NCBI GenBank assembly: GCA_963727775.1 | Contig: CAVSHB010000002.1 | Location: 768,001-832,000, forward strand | Reading direction: 5' to 3' | From: an uncultured Nitrospiraceae bacterium | GTDB lineage: Bacteria; Nitrospirota; Thermodesulfovibrionia; Thermodesulfovibrionales; SM23-35 | Length of the DNA stretch: 64,000 nt | Part shown: positions 46,634 to 58,064 of the stretch, piece after piece | Numbering within the stretch: the first letter of the stretch is position 1 | Layout: each line of letters starts with the position of its first letter | The notes under the pieces: model-generated | What the model was told of the DNA's origin: nothing | Database searches by the model: none | The model's input: only the letters and a program-made list of their open reading frames with translations | Program-made: the position numbers and the translations under genes

Positions 46634-48004
46634 ATGGAGACTATCCTTGTTGTAGAAGACAAAGAATCAATGGCGGAGATGCTGAGAGAGACCCTTGAGT
46701 CTGCAGGATATACCGTCATTTCGGCTGTTGACGGACTGGAGGGCATAAGGCATATCAAAGAGAGCAGGGTCGATCTTGTACTGACGGACCTTAAGCTTCC
46801 TAAAAAAGAAGGGATGGATATCCTCAATGCATCCAAAGAAGAAAACCAGGTCAGGCCCGTTATTATTATGACCGCATTCGGTTCTGTTGAGACGGCTGTA
46901 GCTGCAATGAAGGAAGGCGCTTTTGATTTTATTACAAAACCTTTTGATACCGACCACCTCCTTATGCTGATACAGAGAGCCCTGGAAACACTGAGGCTTC
47001 TTACGGAGAACATTCTTTTAAAAGAAGAGTTCGCTTCGAAGTTCGGGCTGCCCAGGATTATCGGTAGGAGTGATAGAATTATTGATGTCGCCCAAGTCGT
47101 GCAAAAGGTGGCGCCCACGAAAACAACTGTCCTTTTGATCGGCGAGAGCGGCACGGGAAAAGAGCTTTTTGCGAGGGCCCTCCATAATCTGAGTAACCGG
47201 AAGCAGTATCCTTTTGTGCCGATCAATTGTGCCGCGATCCCTAAAGACCTGCTTGAATCGGAGCTCTTCGGTCATGAAAAAGGCGCCTTTACGGGCGCGG
47301 AAATGAAGAAACTCGGCAAGTTCGAACTTGCCGATAAGGGGACTATTTTTCTCGACGAAATCGGCGATATGGATATGACATTGCAATCAAAGGTCCTCAG
47401 GGCGATTGAAGAAGGAGAAATAGAGAGGATAGGCGCTGTTAAGGCGATAAAGGTTGACGTAAGAATTGTCGCGGCAAGCAATAAAGACCTTGAAAAAGCT
47501 GTAGAAGATAAGAAATTCAGAGAAGACCTCTTTTACAGGCTGAATGTGTTCCCAATCAGGATCCCTCCTTTGAGGGAGAGGAAGGAAGACATTCCTTTGC
47601 TCGTGGATTACTTTATCAATAAATATCGCGTCGAGATAAAGACTACTGTGAAAAGTATTTCAGCAAAGGCTTTGGATATGCTTATGAAGTATTACTGGAA
47701 GGGCAATGTAAGGGAACTTGAAAACGCCATAGAGCGGGCGGTCATACTGTGTGACGGTGAGGTGATTACGTCCGACCATTTTATTCCCGGCAGGCAGTAC
47801 GGATATCAGTCTTCTGAAAAATCTTTCATTAATGAAGGCGCGCTCGAAGCTGTGGCAAAAGAGGCAACGAGGACCGCGGAGACCCAAAGGATCACGAATG
47901 TCCTTAAGGATACGAGGGGCAATAAAAGCAGGGCGGCGGAGATCCTTCAGGTGAGCTACAAAACATTGCTTACAAAGATCAAGGAGTACGGCATTGAGTC
48001 TTGA
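46634..48004 (+). CDS. sigma54-dependent response regulator (NtrC/AtoC family)
   Basis: Receiver domain, GESGTGKE, GAFTGA, LDEIGD, Fis-type HTH; start set at ATG 46634. Confidence 0.95.
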   Translation: METILVVEDKESMAEMLRETLESAGYTVISAVDGLEGIRHIKESRVDLVLTDLKLPKKEGMDILNASKEENQVRPVIIMTAFGSVETAVAAMKEGAFDFITKPFDTDHLLMLIQRALETLRLLTENILLKEEFASKFGLPRIIGRSDRIIDVAQVVQKVAPTKTTVLLIGESGTGKELFARALHNLSNRKQYPFVPINCAAIPKDLLESELFGHEKGAFTGAEMKKLGKFELADKGTIFLDEIGDMDMTLQSKVLRAIEEGEIERIGAVKAIKVDVRIVAASNKDLEKAVEDKKFREDLFYRLNVFPIRIPPLRERKEDIPLLVDYFINKYRVEIKTTVKSISAKALDMLMKYYWKGNVRELENAIERAVILCDGEVITSDHFIPGRQYGYQSSEKSFINEGALEAVAKEATRTAETQRITNVLKDTRGNKSRAAEILQVSYKTLLTKIKEYGIES

Positions 48005-48092
48005 CAGTATAATTCCCGGAGAATTATCATAAAATGTTGATTAATCGGTATTTTATCGGTTCGTTAAAGAACGTTTTTTCGGAGGGGTAAAA

Positions 48093-48848
48093 ATGTCTGG
48101 ACATTCCAAATGGGCGTCAATCAAGCATAAGAAAGCAAGCACTGATGCAAAGAAGGGCAAGATTTTTACGAAAATCGTCAAAGAGATCGCGGTTGCCGCG
48201 CGCGTTGGCGGTGGTGACCCCTCCGGAAATCCGAGGCTGAGGACTGCTATCGATAACGCGAAAGAAGTCAATATGCCGAGCGATAACGTTAAGCGGGCCA
48301 TTATGAAAGGAACGGGTGAACTACCCGGCGTATCATATGAGGAGGCTGTTTATGAAGGATACGGCCCCGGCGGTGTCGCTATCCTTATAGATGTGCTCAC
48401 CGACAACAAGAACAGGACCACCCCTGAGATAAGACATTTGATGTCGAAGAACAACGGTAATTTGGGTGAATCCGGATGTGTGTCCTGGATGTTCGAGCAG
48501 AAGGGATATATCCTTGTCGAGAAGACAAGGGTCGATGAGGACCCCCTGATGTCTGTCGCGCTTGACGCAGGCGCTGAAGACATGAAGAACGATCCTAAGG
48601 AAGACAATTACGAAATTATTATGGCCCCTGAGAATCTGGCTAAGGTAAAGGCTTCTATTGAGGCCTCAGGCGTCCCGGTTTCGCTCGCAGAGATAACGAT
48701 GCTCGCAAAAAATTATGTCACGGTAGATGAAAGACAGGCGGAGCAGATGATGAGGCTTACAGAAGCGCTTGAAGACCATGACGATGTACAGGATGTTTAT
48801 ACTAATGTAGATATCCCGGATGAGGTGATTGCCAAAATTGGGAAATAA
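48093..48848 (+). CDS. yebC: YebC/PmpR-family protein
   Basis: [15 protein letters not shown] and TDNKNRT motifs. Confidence 0.95.
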   Translation: MSGHSKWASIKHKKASTDAKKGKIFTKIVKEIAVAARVGGGDPSGNPRLRTAIDNAKEVNMPSDNVKRAIMKGTGELPGVSYEEAVYEGYGPGGVAILIDVLTDNKNRTTPEIRHLMSKNNGNLGESGCVSWMFEQKGYILVEKTRVDEDPLMSVALDAGAEDMKNDPKEDNYEIIMAPENLAKVKASIEASGVPVSLAEITMLAKNYVTVDERQAEQMMRLTEALEDHDDVQDVYTNVDIPDEVIAKIGK

Positions 48849-49470
48849 TCCGGGTTTTTCCATTCGTACCAGCTTCAAGAGGAGATTCTTAGCCGGGCTC
48901 CTTATATCCATACCTGCCGTCATCACTTTCCTCATCATCGAATGGTTTTTTAAATTTATTGACGGCTTTCTTGAGCCCATTTACTTTAGTATCCTCGGAT
49001 ATCATGTCCCGGGACTCGGGTTTATTTCCGCCGTAATACTGATATTCATAGTTGGTATTATCTCGACGAATGTTTTCGGCAGGAAGGTCATCGGATACTT
49101 CGAGAATGTCGTGCTGAGGATTCCGGTGTTGAAAGGGATATATACTGCTGTGAAACAGCTTGTTGACGCCTTTTCCCCGGACAGCAAGAGTTCGTCCTTT
49201 AAAAAATTTGTTGTTGTCGAGTATCCGAGACCGGATGTGTTCGCCTTCGGATTTTTGACCAAGGAATGCGTTGTCAAGCAGGAAAAAGACGGAAGCCAGT
49301 GTGTTTTAAAGGCTGTATATATACCCACGAACAATCTTTATCTCGGCGAGATTGCGCTTTTTAAAGAGGAAAGCGTGTTTTACACCGATATCCCGATAGA
49401 CGAGGGTATCAAGATTATCCTTTCAGGCGGTATAGCGACTCCCCCGAGGTTGTCTGAGGTGAAAGGATGA
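48829..49470 (+). CDS. DUF502-family membrane protein
   Basis: [14 protein letters not shown] and IILSGG motifs. Confidence 0.88.
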   Translation: MPKLGNNPGFSIRTSFKRRFLAGLLISIPAVITFLIIEWFFKFIDGFLEPIYFSILGYHVPGLGFISAVILIFIVGIISTNVFGRKVIGYFENVVLRIPVLKGIYTAVKQLVDAFSPDSKSSSFKKFVVVEYPRPDVFAFGFLTKECVVKQEKDGSQCVLKAVYIPTNNLYLGEIALFKEESVFYTDIPIDEGIKIILSGGIATPPRLSEVKG

Positions 49471-50882
49471 AAATGGCAGGAGTTGTCCTTGCTGCCGGAC
49501 TCGGCAAAAGGATGAATTCATCCTTACCGAAAGTCCTCCATAATATCCACGGCGTCACGATGCTCCGGTATGCGTTGGATGCCCTCAAGGGACTGAGACC
49601 TCAAAAGATTGTTGTGGTGGTGGGAAGACATTTTCAGGAAATAAAAGAATCATTGGGGGATGAAAATAACATCTCGTTCGCAGAACAGAGAGAGGCAAAA
49701 GGCACAGGAGACGCGCTCTTAAAGGCATCGGTGTCCCTAAAGGGTTTTAAAGGTACAATAGTCGTTGTGAACGGCGACGCCCCTTTAGTTACTTCCGGCA
49801 CCCTGAAAAAATTTCTGAAGCTCCATAGCAAGGGAAGAAATGCCGTCTCTATACTTTCATTTATATCCGAAGACCCCGGCTCATACGGCAGGGTCATAAG
49901 AGACGAGGACGGTCGTGCGCTGGCGGTCATAGAGGACCCTGACGCGACGGCATCCCAGAAGTTGATAAAAGAAGTAAACAGCGGGGTATACGCGATAGAG
50001 GCCGGAGCGCTCAAACTTTTGAAGGAGATAAAACTTAATAAACGTAAAGGCGAATATTATCTCACCGACATTGTCCACATAGCCAAAGTAAAAGGTATCA
50101 AAATAGATGCTTTTTGTATTGGTTCAGAGGATGAATTCCTTGGTGTCAACAGCAGGGAAGAACTTGAGAAGGCGCGCCTTCTTATGAAGGGCAGGATCAT
50201 ATGTAAATGGCTGGGGAAGGGCGTGCATTTTGCGGACATTAATTCGGTTTTTATATCCTCGAACAGCGATATAGAAAAAGATACTGTAGTGTATCCGAAC
50301 GTTCATCTTGAAGGCAAAACAAAGATAGGGAAGGGATGCACAATTTACCCGAATGTCAGGATTCTGGATAGTATTATAGGCGCCGGCGCAGTTATTAAGG
50401 ACTCCACTCTGATCGAGGGTTCGGTTGTAAAAGCCCGGGCTTTGGTCGGCCCCTTTGCTCATATACGTCCCGGGTCCGAGATCGGTCCGGACGCGAGGAT
50501 AGGGAATTTTGTTGAAGTGAAAAAATCGGTCATCGGTCCTGGGACAAAGGCATCACATCTTACGTATCTCGGAGATGCAAAGATAGGCAGGGATGTGAAC
50601 ATAGGAGCAGGCACGATAACATGCAATTATGACGGCCATAGGAAAAACGTTACAACAATTGAAGATAATGTCTTTATAGGAAGCGATTCGCAGTTGATTG
50701 CCCCGGTTAAGATAGGCAAAGGGGCCTATGTCGGCGCTGGTGCTACGATTACAAAGGACGTTCCTTCAAAGGCACTTGCCCTTAGCAGGGTAGAGCAGGT
50801 TAATATTAAAGACTGGGCAACGAAACGGCAGTTAAAAGTCGAGAGTGAAAAGTTAAAAACGAAAAAAAAGGAACATAAATGA
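49467..50882 (+). CDS. glmU: Bifunctional UDP-GlcNAc pyrophosphorylase/acetyltransferase
   Basis: LAAGLGKRM...PKVLH, EYYLTD, GNFVEVK and hexapeptide repeats. Confidence 0.97.
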   Translation: MKMAGVVLAAGLGKRMNSSLPKVLHNIHGVTMLRYALDALKGLRPQKIVVVVGRHFQEIKESLGDENNISFAEQREAKGTGDALLKASVSLKGFKGTIVVVNGDAPLVTSGTLKKFLKLHSKGRNAVSILSFISEDPGSYGRVIRDEDGRALAVIEDPDATASQKLIKEVNSGVYAIEAGALKLLKEIKLNKRKGEYYLTDIVHIAKVKGIKIDAFCIGSEDEFLGVNSREELEKARLLMKGRIICKWLGKGVHFADINSVFISSNSDIEKDTVVYPNVHLEGKTKIGKGCTIYPNVRILDSIIGAGAVIKDSTLIEGSVVKARALVGPFAHIRPGSEIGPDARIGNFVEVKKSVIGPGTKASHLTYLGDAKIGRDVNIGAGTITCNYDGHRKNVTTIEDNVFIGSDSQLIAPVKIGKGAYVGAGATITKDVPSKALALSRVEQVNIKDWATKRQLKVESEKLKTKKKEHK

Positions 50883-50935
50883 AATGTTTTTATTAAACTC
50901 ATCACTTATCACTAATAACTCATTGAGGTTTTGAT

Positions 50936-52762
50936 ATGTGCGGGATAATCGGATATACAGGTAAGCGGAATGCGGTATCGGTGGTAATCGAGGGGTTGAA
51001 GCGCCTCGAATACAGAGGATACGATTCCGCAGGGGTTGCTTACTTTTCGAACAACGGGATTGAGGTGAGAAGGTGTACGGGCAAGATAAAAGAGCTCGCA
51101 TCTTTGCTCGAAGCTGAAAACCCTTCCAGCCATACCACGATAGGGCACACAAGATGGGCAACCCACGGGAGGCCGTCAGAGGAGAACGCCCACCCTCACA
51201 GGTCAAACGGTATCGTCTTAGTGCATAACGGGATAATAGAAAATTATCTTTCCTTAAAGAAAAAACTGACAGGTAAAGGATATTTATTCACTTCTGAGAC
51301 GGATACAGAGGTGCTTTGCCACCTTATAAACGATTATGCAAAAAAGCATCCTCTGGAAGACGCTGTACGCGAGGCGTTAAAAGAAGTCGAAGGTTCCTAT
51401 GCGATTGCCGTTATTAAGGAAGATGAACCTGACAAGATTGTAGGTGTTAGAAAAGACAGTCCTTTGGTTGTCGGAATAGGTGACGGAGAGTCCTTTGTTG
51501 CCTCTGATATACCGGCGTTCCTCAGTTATTCGAGAGATGTGATATTTCTTGATGATGGAGAGATGGTCGTCCTGACAAGCAGCGGCGTCAAGATTACAGG
51601 ACTTGATGGACTTCCCGTGCAGAAGGATGTAAGGTCTGTGTCATGGAGCCCTGCTATGGCGGAAAAAGACGGCTACAAACATTTTATGCTGAAAGAGATC
51701 AATGAGCAGCCGAGGGCCATTGCCGATACATTAAGGGGAAGATTTAATGCTGAAACCGGCGACGTGAACTTCGACGAGTTCGGCTTTGACGGAAAAGAAC
51801 TCAAAGCCGTCGAAAAGGTCTTCATCGTTGCCTGCGGGACCTCCTATCATGCTGCCATTATCGGTAAATATATTATAGAAGGCCTTGTGAGGATCCCCGT
51901 CGAGGTAGATATAGCATCGGAATTCCGGTACAGGAAACCGGTCCTCAAATCCGGAGACCTTATGATTGTAATAACTCAGTCCGGAGAGACCGCGGACACG
52001 CTTGCTGCACAGAGAGAAGCGAAAAAACTTGGGGCCAGGGTCCTCTGTATATCTAACGTCGTCGGCAGCACTGCTTCGAGAGAAGCTGACGCTCTATTTT
52101 ATACCCATTCCGGTCCCGAAATAGGAGTTGCTTCTACCAAAGCCTTTACAACCCAGATCGTCGGGCTTTATCTTTTGGCGGTGGGTATCGGAAAGATAAA
52201 AGGCATAATACCGGAGGACATTTCAAAGGAGTTTTTAAAAGAACTGCTTATGCTTCCGGGTAAGGTAGAAGAAATATTGGATAAAGATGAAAATATAAAA
52301 AATATTGCAAAAGAGTTTTTTAAGGCGAAGGACTTCCTCTATCTCGGAAGAGGAATCAATTATCCTGTCGCGCTTGAAGGCGCGTTAAAACTGAAGGAGA
52401 TATCATATATCCATGCGGAGGGGTATCCCGCAGGTGAGATGAAACACGGTCCGATCGCTTTAATCGATGAGGAGATGCCTGTTGTTGTCCTTGCCCCAAA
52501 GGATCATTTGTATGAAAAGATAGCCTCGAATATCCAGGAGGTGAAGAGCAGGGGAGGGAAGATCATAATAGTTACAAATGACGCCGACGGCGATGTATGC
52601 GGGAATTCCGGTAAGTGCATTCTTGTGCCTAAATCCAATCCGTATCTTTCAACGGTATTGATGGCTATACCCATGCAGTTGCTCGCTTATCACATCGGGG
52701 TTTTACGGGGATGTGACGTAGATCAGCCAAGGAATCTTGCCAAGAGCGTTACTGTTGAATGA
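50936..52762 (+). CDS. glmS: Glutamine--fructose-6-phosphate aminotransferase
   Basis: MCGIIG, HTRWATHG, EMKHGP and PRNLAKSVTVE motifs. Confidence 0.98.
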   Translation: MCGIIGYTGKRNAVSVVIEGLKRLEYRGYDSAGVAYFSNNGIEVRRCTGKIKELASLLEAENPSSHTTIGHTRWATHGRPSEENAHPHRSNGIVLVHNGIIENYLSLKKKLTGKGYLFTSETDTEVLCHLINDYAKKHPLEDAVREALKEVEGSYAIAVIKEDEPDKIVGVRKDSPLVVGIGDGESFVASDIPAFLSYSRDVIFLDDGEMVVLTSSGVKITGLDGLPVQKDVRSVSWSPAMAEKDGYKHFMLKEINEQPRAIADTLRGRFNAETGDVNFDEFGFDGKELKAVEKVFIVACGTSYHAAIIGKYIIEGLVRIPVEVDIASEFRYRKPVLKSGDLMIVITQSGETADTLAAQREAKKLGARVLCISNVVGSTASREADALFYTHSGPEIGVASTKAFTTQIVGLYLLAVGIGKIKGIIPEDISKEFLKELLMLPGKVEEILDKDENIKNIAKEFFKAKDFLYLGRGINYPVALEGALKLKEISYIHAEGYPAGEMKHGPIALIDEEMPVVVLAPKDHLYEKIASNIQEVKSRGGKIIIVTNDADGDVCGNSGKCILVPKSNPYLSTVLMAIPMQLLAYHIGVLRGCDVDQPRNLAKSVTVE

Positions 52763-52777
52763 AAACGTGAATCAATG

Positions 52778-54289
52778 CTACGGTATCTGCACCTGTATCG
52801 GATTATGTTCCTCATTTGTAGTACCATCGCCAAGCTGACCGTTATTGTTACTTCCCCAGGTCCAGACTGTGTTATCGTTGCCCAAGGCAACGGTGTAGTC
52901 ATAACCTGCTGCGATGGCGATGATGCCCGGCAGTGTTATGCCCGGCAGTCCGACTACCGCTACAGGTATATTGCTTAGAGTTGTAGTCCCATTGCCAAGT
53001 TGGCCGTTGCTGTTACTTCCCCAGGTCCAGACTGTGCCGTCGTCTTTTAAAGCAACACTGTGCTCATGCGACGGCACCGAGGAATCAAAGCCTGCGGCAA
53101 TGGCTATTGCAGTTGATATATTGCTTACCTGTACAGGAGACGAGTTATTTGTCTTAGTCCCATTACCAAGCTGACCGTCACTATTATTCCCCCAGGCCCA
53201 GACTGTGTTGTCGTTTCTCAGGGCAATTGTGTGGTCAACACCCGCGGCAATGGCCAGTACACCGCTTAGACTGCTTAACTCTTCGGGAGATTTATTATTA
53301 TTTGTAGTCCCATCACCAAGCTGTCCTTTTTTATTATACCCCCAAGCGTGGACTGTGTTGTCGCTTTTCAGGGCAACGGTGTGGTCATGACCTGCTGCAA
53401 CTGCTATTACTTTTATCCCTGACGTATCTGAAGGTGGTGCAATTATCTGTTTAGGACTATTGATTTGATTTGTTGTCCCGTCACCAATCTGCCCATAGGT
53501 ATTATCACCCCAGGCCCATAGCGAGCCATCGCTTTTCAGGGCAACAGTGTGGTTCCCGCCTGCTGCAACTGCTATTACTATTGTCCCATCTGAAGGTGGT
53601 GCGATTATCTGTATAGGAGTGGTGTTTGGATCCGTGGTTCCATTACCAAGTTGACCGTTGCTGTTATCGCCCCAGGCCCAGACCGAGCCGTCGGTTCCCA
53701 GGGCAACTGTGTGATTATCGCCAACTGCAACGGCTGTAATGCTTGGTAGTCCGCTTGCTGTGCTTACATGTACAGGAGTGCTGCTTTGATTTGTGGTTCC
53801 GTTGCCAAGCTGGCCATAGGCATTATCACCCCAAGCCAAGACCGAGCCGTCGGGTTTTACGTAAACGGTGTGGAATGATGCTGCTATGCTGCCTTGACTA
53901 ATTTGGCTAAAATTAAATCCGGTTGCGTCGATCCCCTGAAGATAAAGTTTCCGACTTGACGGAAAGAAGTTATAGCCTGAAAGCGAGACGTATACCGCGT
54001 ATTGGCCGCTCGGCACACTGCTAAAGCTGTAATGACCGCTTGAATCTGTAGTCCTGTATGGTGAATCTGGGGAAATAGTTGGCGGCGTCCCAAGGGGAAT
54101 AGTTACAATCCCCGGTAAAAGATAAACTTTCACACCTGGAAGCGCTGATCCGCCTGATGTGACCTTGCCCGAAACACCATATTTCTGCCCGCCGCATCCT
54201 GAAAGCATAATCGTTGTAACTGAGCTTAATAACAAAACCAAAATTGCTGTAAAAAACTTTGAACGCTTCACCTTAATATAACTTGTCAT
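52778..54289 (-). CDS. RCC1-repeat lipoprotein
   Basis: LSGC lipobox; repeated HTVALxxDxTVWxWGxNxxGQLGxG units. Confidence 0.9.
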   Translation of the reverse strand: MTSYIKVKRSKFFTAILVLLLSSVTTIMLSGCGGQKYGVSGKVTSGGSALPGVKVYLLPGIVTIPLGTPPTISPDSPYRTTDSSGHYSFSSVPSGQYAVYVSLSGYNFFPSSRKLYLQGIDATGFNFSQISQGSIAASFHTVYVKPDGSVLAWGDNAYGQLGNGTTNQSSTPVHVSTASGLPSITAVAVGDNHTVALGTDGSVWAWGDNSNGQLGNGTTDPNTTPIQIIAPPSDGTIVIAVAAGGNHTVALKSDGSLWAWGDNTYGQIGDGTTNQINSPKQIIAPPSDTSGIKVIAVAAGHDHTVALKSDNTVHAWGYNKKGQLGDGTTNNNKSPEELSSLSGVLAIAAGVDHTIALRNDNTVWAWGNNSDGQLGNGTKTNNSSPVQVSNISTAIAIAAGFDSSVPSHEHSVALKDDGTVWTWGSNSNGQLGNGTTTLSNIPVAVVGLPGITLPGIIAIAAGYDYTVALGNDNTVWTWGSNNNGQLGDGTTNEEHNPIQVQIP

Positions 54290-54628
54290 GATAATAATCT
54301 CCTAAAATTGCTTTGGCTTAAGTTGAAATTTAATCTTACACATTATACATCAATTCATCATTTAAGGTCGACCGGCCGGAATACGAATCATAATTTATGG
54401 CCAGCCCGTTTTGACTTCATCCATACCATGAATCTATAATAATTAAGAGGGGCGTTTGCTTAGACTTAATAGCAGGCGGAGTTACCGGGTTTTTGGAGTT
54501 TTGAGTTTCCGGATTTATTCCTTCTTGCTGTGAAGAATCATACATAGACTGAAGAACTGCAGAACTCGGCATACTGTGGATTTAAATGGTAAAAATCTGT
54601 TAACATGAATAAGTCAAAGGAGAGATGA

Positions 54629-56722
54629 ATGCATGATTTAAATCCCCAGCAGAAAGAAGCTCTAATTTATACCGACAGTCCTTTGATGGTTTTTGCAGGC
54701 GCGGGAAGCGGGAAGACAAAGGTCATCGCTCACAAGTTCTCTTATCTGAATAAAGCAAAGAAATTTCCACGTGATTCCATCTTAACCGTTAACTATACGA
54801 ATAAGGCGTCTGACGAGATGAAGGAGCGGATAAACGGTATTCTCGACAAAGACCTTAACGGCGCCTGGATCGGCACCTTTCATTCACAGTGTAACAGGAT
54901 ACTTCGTAAGGAAATTAAGGCACTTGGTTATAATAATAATTTTTCAATCTATGATGAAGATGACCAGTGCAGCCTGATCAGGCATATATTAAAAGAATTC
55001 AAGATATATGAAGCCCTCTATAAAGGGATAGCATCGCGCATAAGTTTTCTTAAATCTTCCTTAATAAGTCCTGAGAAATTTCTTTCATCAGGAGACGGTT
55101 TCGGTTTCGATGAGAAACTGGCGAAGGTTTATGTCAGGTACCAGGATGATCTAAAGCGCAGCAACTCAATCGATTTCGATGACCTTATTATGATGACGGT
55201 GCAATTGTTCGAAAACCATCCAAAACTGCTTGAAAGATACCAGGAAAAGTTCTCCTATATACTCGTAGATGAGTTCCAGGATACCAACTTCGCGCAATAT
55301 GAACTCCTTAAACTCCTTGCCTCGGGTCACAGGAAGGTATGTGTTGTCGGAGACGATGACCAGAGCATATACAAGTTCAGGGGGGCAAATATAAACAACA
55401 TGCTCAATTTCGGGAATGATTTCCCCGGAGCAAAATTGTTAAAACTGGAACAAAACTACCGTTCGACCCAGTATATACTGAATGTTTCAGAAGCTGTTAT
55501 TTCACAGAATTCCAGGAGGAAACACAAAAAGCTGTGGACGGACAGGGGAGCAGGAGAGAAGGCGCATTTTTGCTGGCTGAACACGTATGAAGATGAAGCC
55601 AGATACATTGCCAAGGTTATAAAAGAATATTACCTGAAGGGAATATATAATTACAGGGACTTTGCAGTATTTTACCGGGTCAACCTTCAGTCCCGTATAC
55701 TCGAAGACGCATTGCGTGATGAGGGCCTTCCTTACCGGGTCGTCGGGAGCGTCAGTTTTTATCAGAGGAAGGAAATTAAGGACATAATTGCATATATGCG
55801 GGTATCGGTGAACAACGGAGACAACGTCAGCTTCAGAAGGGTCATAAACAATCCGCCCCGGGGGGTAGCCGCTTCTGTCCTGGCAAAGATAGAGCATGAG
55901 GCTAAGAAGAAGTCCTTGTCTTTATTTGATGCGCTGAAGACGGTGCTGCGCACCGGCAATATTAACAGTGCGGTTAAAGACAAAATTACCGAATTTATCA
56001 AAATGGTAGATGGTTTTACTGCTGCAAAACACAGATCCGCTGGGGATATGATTATAAATATACTTGAAAAATCCGGTTATGCGGAGACCCTGAAGGAGGA
56101 GAAAGCAAAGAATATTGAAGAGCTTCTCCTTGCCGCGGAAGGGAAGGACGTAAAGGAATTTCTCGACAAGGTATCGTTGTTCACAAATATGGATGAAGGG
56201 TGCGGAGTAGATTGTGTTTCACTTATGATATTGCACAATGCAAAGGGGCTTGAATTCCCTGCGGTATTTATTACGGGACTTGAAGAGGGGGTCCTGCCAT
56301 ACTGTAAAGCGATGAACCATGAAGACGAAATAGCCGAAGAGCGCAGGCTGTTTTACGTGGGTATGACCAGGGCAAAAGACGTCCTTTGGATGACGGGCGC
56401 AAGCAAAAGACGGTTGTACGCCAAAATGCAGGAGCAGGAGCCTTCAAGGTTTTTGAAAGATATACCAAAAGAATTTTGCCAGTGGATGGAAAAGATAACT
56501 GGCCATAGAATGATAAAGATTTCACCCGTAAAGAAGATGCTTAACCACCGGAACGCATTCTCGGTATACGCTGCCGGTTGCAGGGTAAAACATCCTTCCT
56601 GGGGAGTCGGTGTTGTGAGGGACTGTTGCGGAGACGGGGATGACGTTAAGGTCATGGTCAACTTCGCGAATTTCGGTGTGAAAAGACTTGCCGTGCGATT
56701 TGCAAATCTGGAAAAAATATAG
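54629..56722 (+). CDS. UvrD/PcrA-family helicase
   Basis: AGAGSGKT, VDEFQD, GDDDQSIY, NYRST, AKGLEF and EERRLFYVGMTRA motifs. Confidence 0.95.
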   Translation: MHDLNPQQKEALIYTDSPLMVFAGAGSGKTKVIAHKFSYLNKAKKFPRDSILTVNYTNKASDEMKERINGILDKDLNGAWIGTFHSQCNRILRKEIKALGYNNNFSIYDEDDQCSLIRHILKEFKIYEALYKGIASRISFLKSSLISPEKFLSSGDGFGFDEKLAKVYVRYQDDLKRSNSIDFDDLIMMTVQLFENHPKLLERYQEKFSYILVDEFQDTNFAQYELLKLLASGHRKVCVVGDDDQSIYKFRGANINNMLNFGNDFPGAKLLKLEQNYRSTQYILNVSEAVISQNSRRKHKKLWTDRGAGEKAHFCWLNTYEDEARYIAKVIKEYYLKGIYNYRDFAVFYRVNLQSRILEDALRDEGLPYRVVGSVSFYQRKEIKDIIAYMRVSVNNGDNVSFRRVINNPPRGVAASVLAKIEHEAKKKSLSLFDALKTVLRTGNINSAVKDKITEFIKMVDGFTAAKHRSAGDMIINILEKSGYAETLKEEKAKNIEELLLAAEGKDVKEFLDKVSLFTNMDEGCGVDCVSLMILHNAKGLEFPAVFITGLEEGVLPYCKAMNHEDEIAEERRLFYVGMTRAKDVLWMTGASKRRLYAKMQEQEPSRFLKDIPKEFCQWMEKITGHRMIKISPVKKMLNHRNAFSVYAAGCRVKHPSWGVGVVRDCCGDGDDVKVMVNFANFGVKRLAVRFANLEKI

Positions 56723-56733
56723 AAACAGTCTCG

Positions 56734-57021
56734 ATGCAGATAACGAAAGAAGAAATTGAACACATTGCCGTACTGGCGAGGCTGTGCCTTTCGGAAGAAG
56801 AAAAGGAGTTATTCGTCTTACAACTGAGCAGCATCCTCGATTATGTGGAAAAACTCAACGAGCTTGATACAAAGGATATAGAACCGACTTCACATGTCCT
56901 GTCTTTGAACAATGTCATGCGTGATGACTTGCAGGCCGCCTCGCTGCATAGAGAAGACGCCATGGTCAATGCGCCCTCCCACACAGAAAAATTCTACCGT
57001 GTACCGAAGATAATAGAGTAA
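56734..57021 (+). CDS. gatC: Asp/Glu-tRNA amidotransferase subunit C
   Basis: IEHIAVLARL, EPTSH and YRVPKII motifs. Confidence 0.95.
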   Translation: MQITKEEIEHIAVLARLCLSEEEKELFVLQLSSILDYVEKLNELDTKDIEPTSHVLSLNNVMRDDLQAASLHREDAMVNAPSHTEKFYRVPKIIE

Positions 57022-57041
57022 AGAAAGGGTCGAAAAACATT

Positions 57042-57392
57042 ATGTTGCGTTGCATATTAAGAGCAAAAATACATATGGCCACAGTTACAGAGTCAAACCT
57101 CTCCTATGAGGGCAGTATTACCGTAGACGATGCAATCCTCAGGAAATCCGGGATAATCCCTTACGAACAGGTGATGATAAGTAATCTCAATAACGGAGAG
57201 CGGTTCGAAACGTATATAATTCCCGGCAAGAAAGGTGAGATATGTCTGAACGGCCCTACTGCGCGAAAGGGCATTGTCGGAGATAAAATTATAATCTTCT
57301 GTTACAGTTACGTAGAGGACGGCAAGCTGAGTAAGTTCAAACCTAAGATAGTCCGCCTAAATGAAGAGAATAAAATCCTCGGGAATAAATAG
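57042..57392 (+). CDS. panD: Aspartate 1-decarboxylase
   Basis: AKIH, YEGSIT cleavage site, NGERFETY and LNG motifs. Confidence 0.93.
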   Translation: MLRCILRAKIHMATVTESNLSYEGSITVDDAILRKSGIIPYEQVMISNLNNGERFETYIIPGKKGEICLNGPTARKGIVGDKIIIFCYSYVEDGKLSKFKPKIVRLNEENKILGNK

Positions 57393-57412
57393 CGTTCCTT
57401 ACCTAACCAGCT

Positions 57413-57441
57413 TGTAACCTCCTTCCTGTTCCCATCGTCTT
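57413..57441 (+). promoter_or_regulatory. Putative ECF sigma promoter (autoregulatory)
   Basis: TGTAACC-N16-CGTCTT; the same motif occurs at 61652-61680 on the minus strand. Confidence 0.7.
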
Positions 57442-57500
57442 TAACAGAAAGAGGTGAAGTCATGAAGAAATGTATCGAATGGGAGTAACAAAGTAAAGAC

Positions 57501-58064
57501 ATGAGCGCCTCTATGGAGGTATCAACCGACGAACACCTTATTAAGGCCACCCTGTCCGGAGATGATGAGGCGTTTACCGAATTGGTCCGGCGGCACAAAA
57601 GCAGGGTGTTCAGGATTGCCGCCCGTATTGTAAGGAGTAATTATGAGCTTGATGATGTCTGTCAGGAAATATTTCTTAAGGTGTATCAAAACATGAGAAA
57701 ATACCGGGGGGACGCTCCGTTCGAGCACTGGTTGACGAAAATAACTGTCAATGCGTGTTATGACAATCTCCGCAAGCAGCGCCGCGAGGGTAATAATGTG
57801 CCCTTGGATGATGTCATCATGTCAATCGGAGACCCTGCATGGGAAAAAGAGACTTCAGGCAAGGATGCCTGGAAGATTCTTAAGCATGCTTTGACTAAAT
57901 TGCGTCCTGATGACCGGCTCGTAATTACTTTGCTGAATCTGGAGGAGAAGTCGGTGCGCGAAGTCTCGAGCTTGACCGGGTGGAGCGAGGCAAAGGTGAA
58001 GGTGCGTGCGTTCAGAGCACGGAAGGAACTTAAAAGGATATTGGAGGGCGAAAATGGAAACTGA
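57501..58064 (+). CDS. ECF sigma factor
   Basis: DDVCQEIF, FEHWLTKITVN and KVKVRAFRAR (regions 2 and 4). Confidence 0.92.
   Translation: MSASMEVSTDEHLIKATLSGDDEAFTELVRRHKSRVFRIAARIVRSNYELDDVCQEIFLKVYQNMRKYRGDAPFEHWLTKITVNACYDNLRKQRREGNNVPLDDVIMSIGDPAWEKETSGKDAWKILKHALTKLRPDDRLVITLLNLEEKSVREVSSLTGWSEAKVKVRAFRARKELKRILEGENGN

Noticed and set aside
50883..50935. glmS ribozyme
   Set aside because: The intergenic region is only 53 nt and lacks the conserved core
53390..53612. Near-identical DNA segments within the RCC1 gene
   Set aside because: Explained by ordinary RCC1 repeat duplication
54440..54628. Possible structured RNA upstream of the UvrD/PcrA gene
   Set aside because: Only short imperfect inverted repeats; no recognisable family motif
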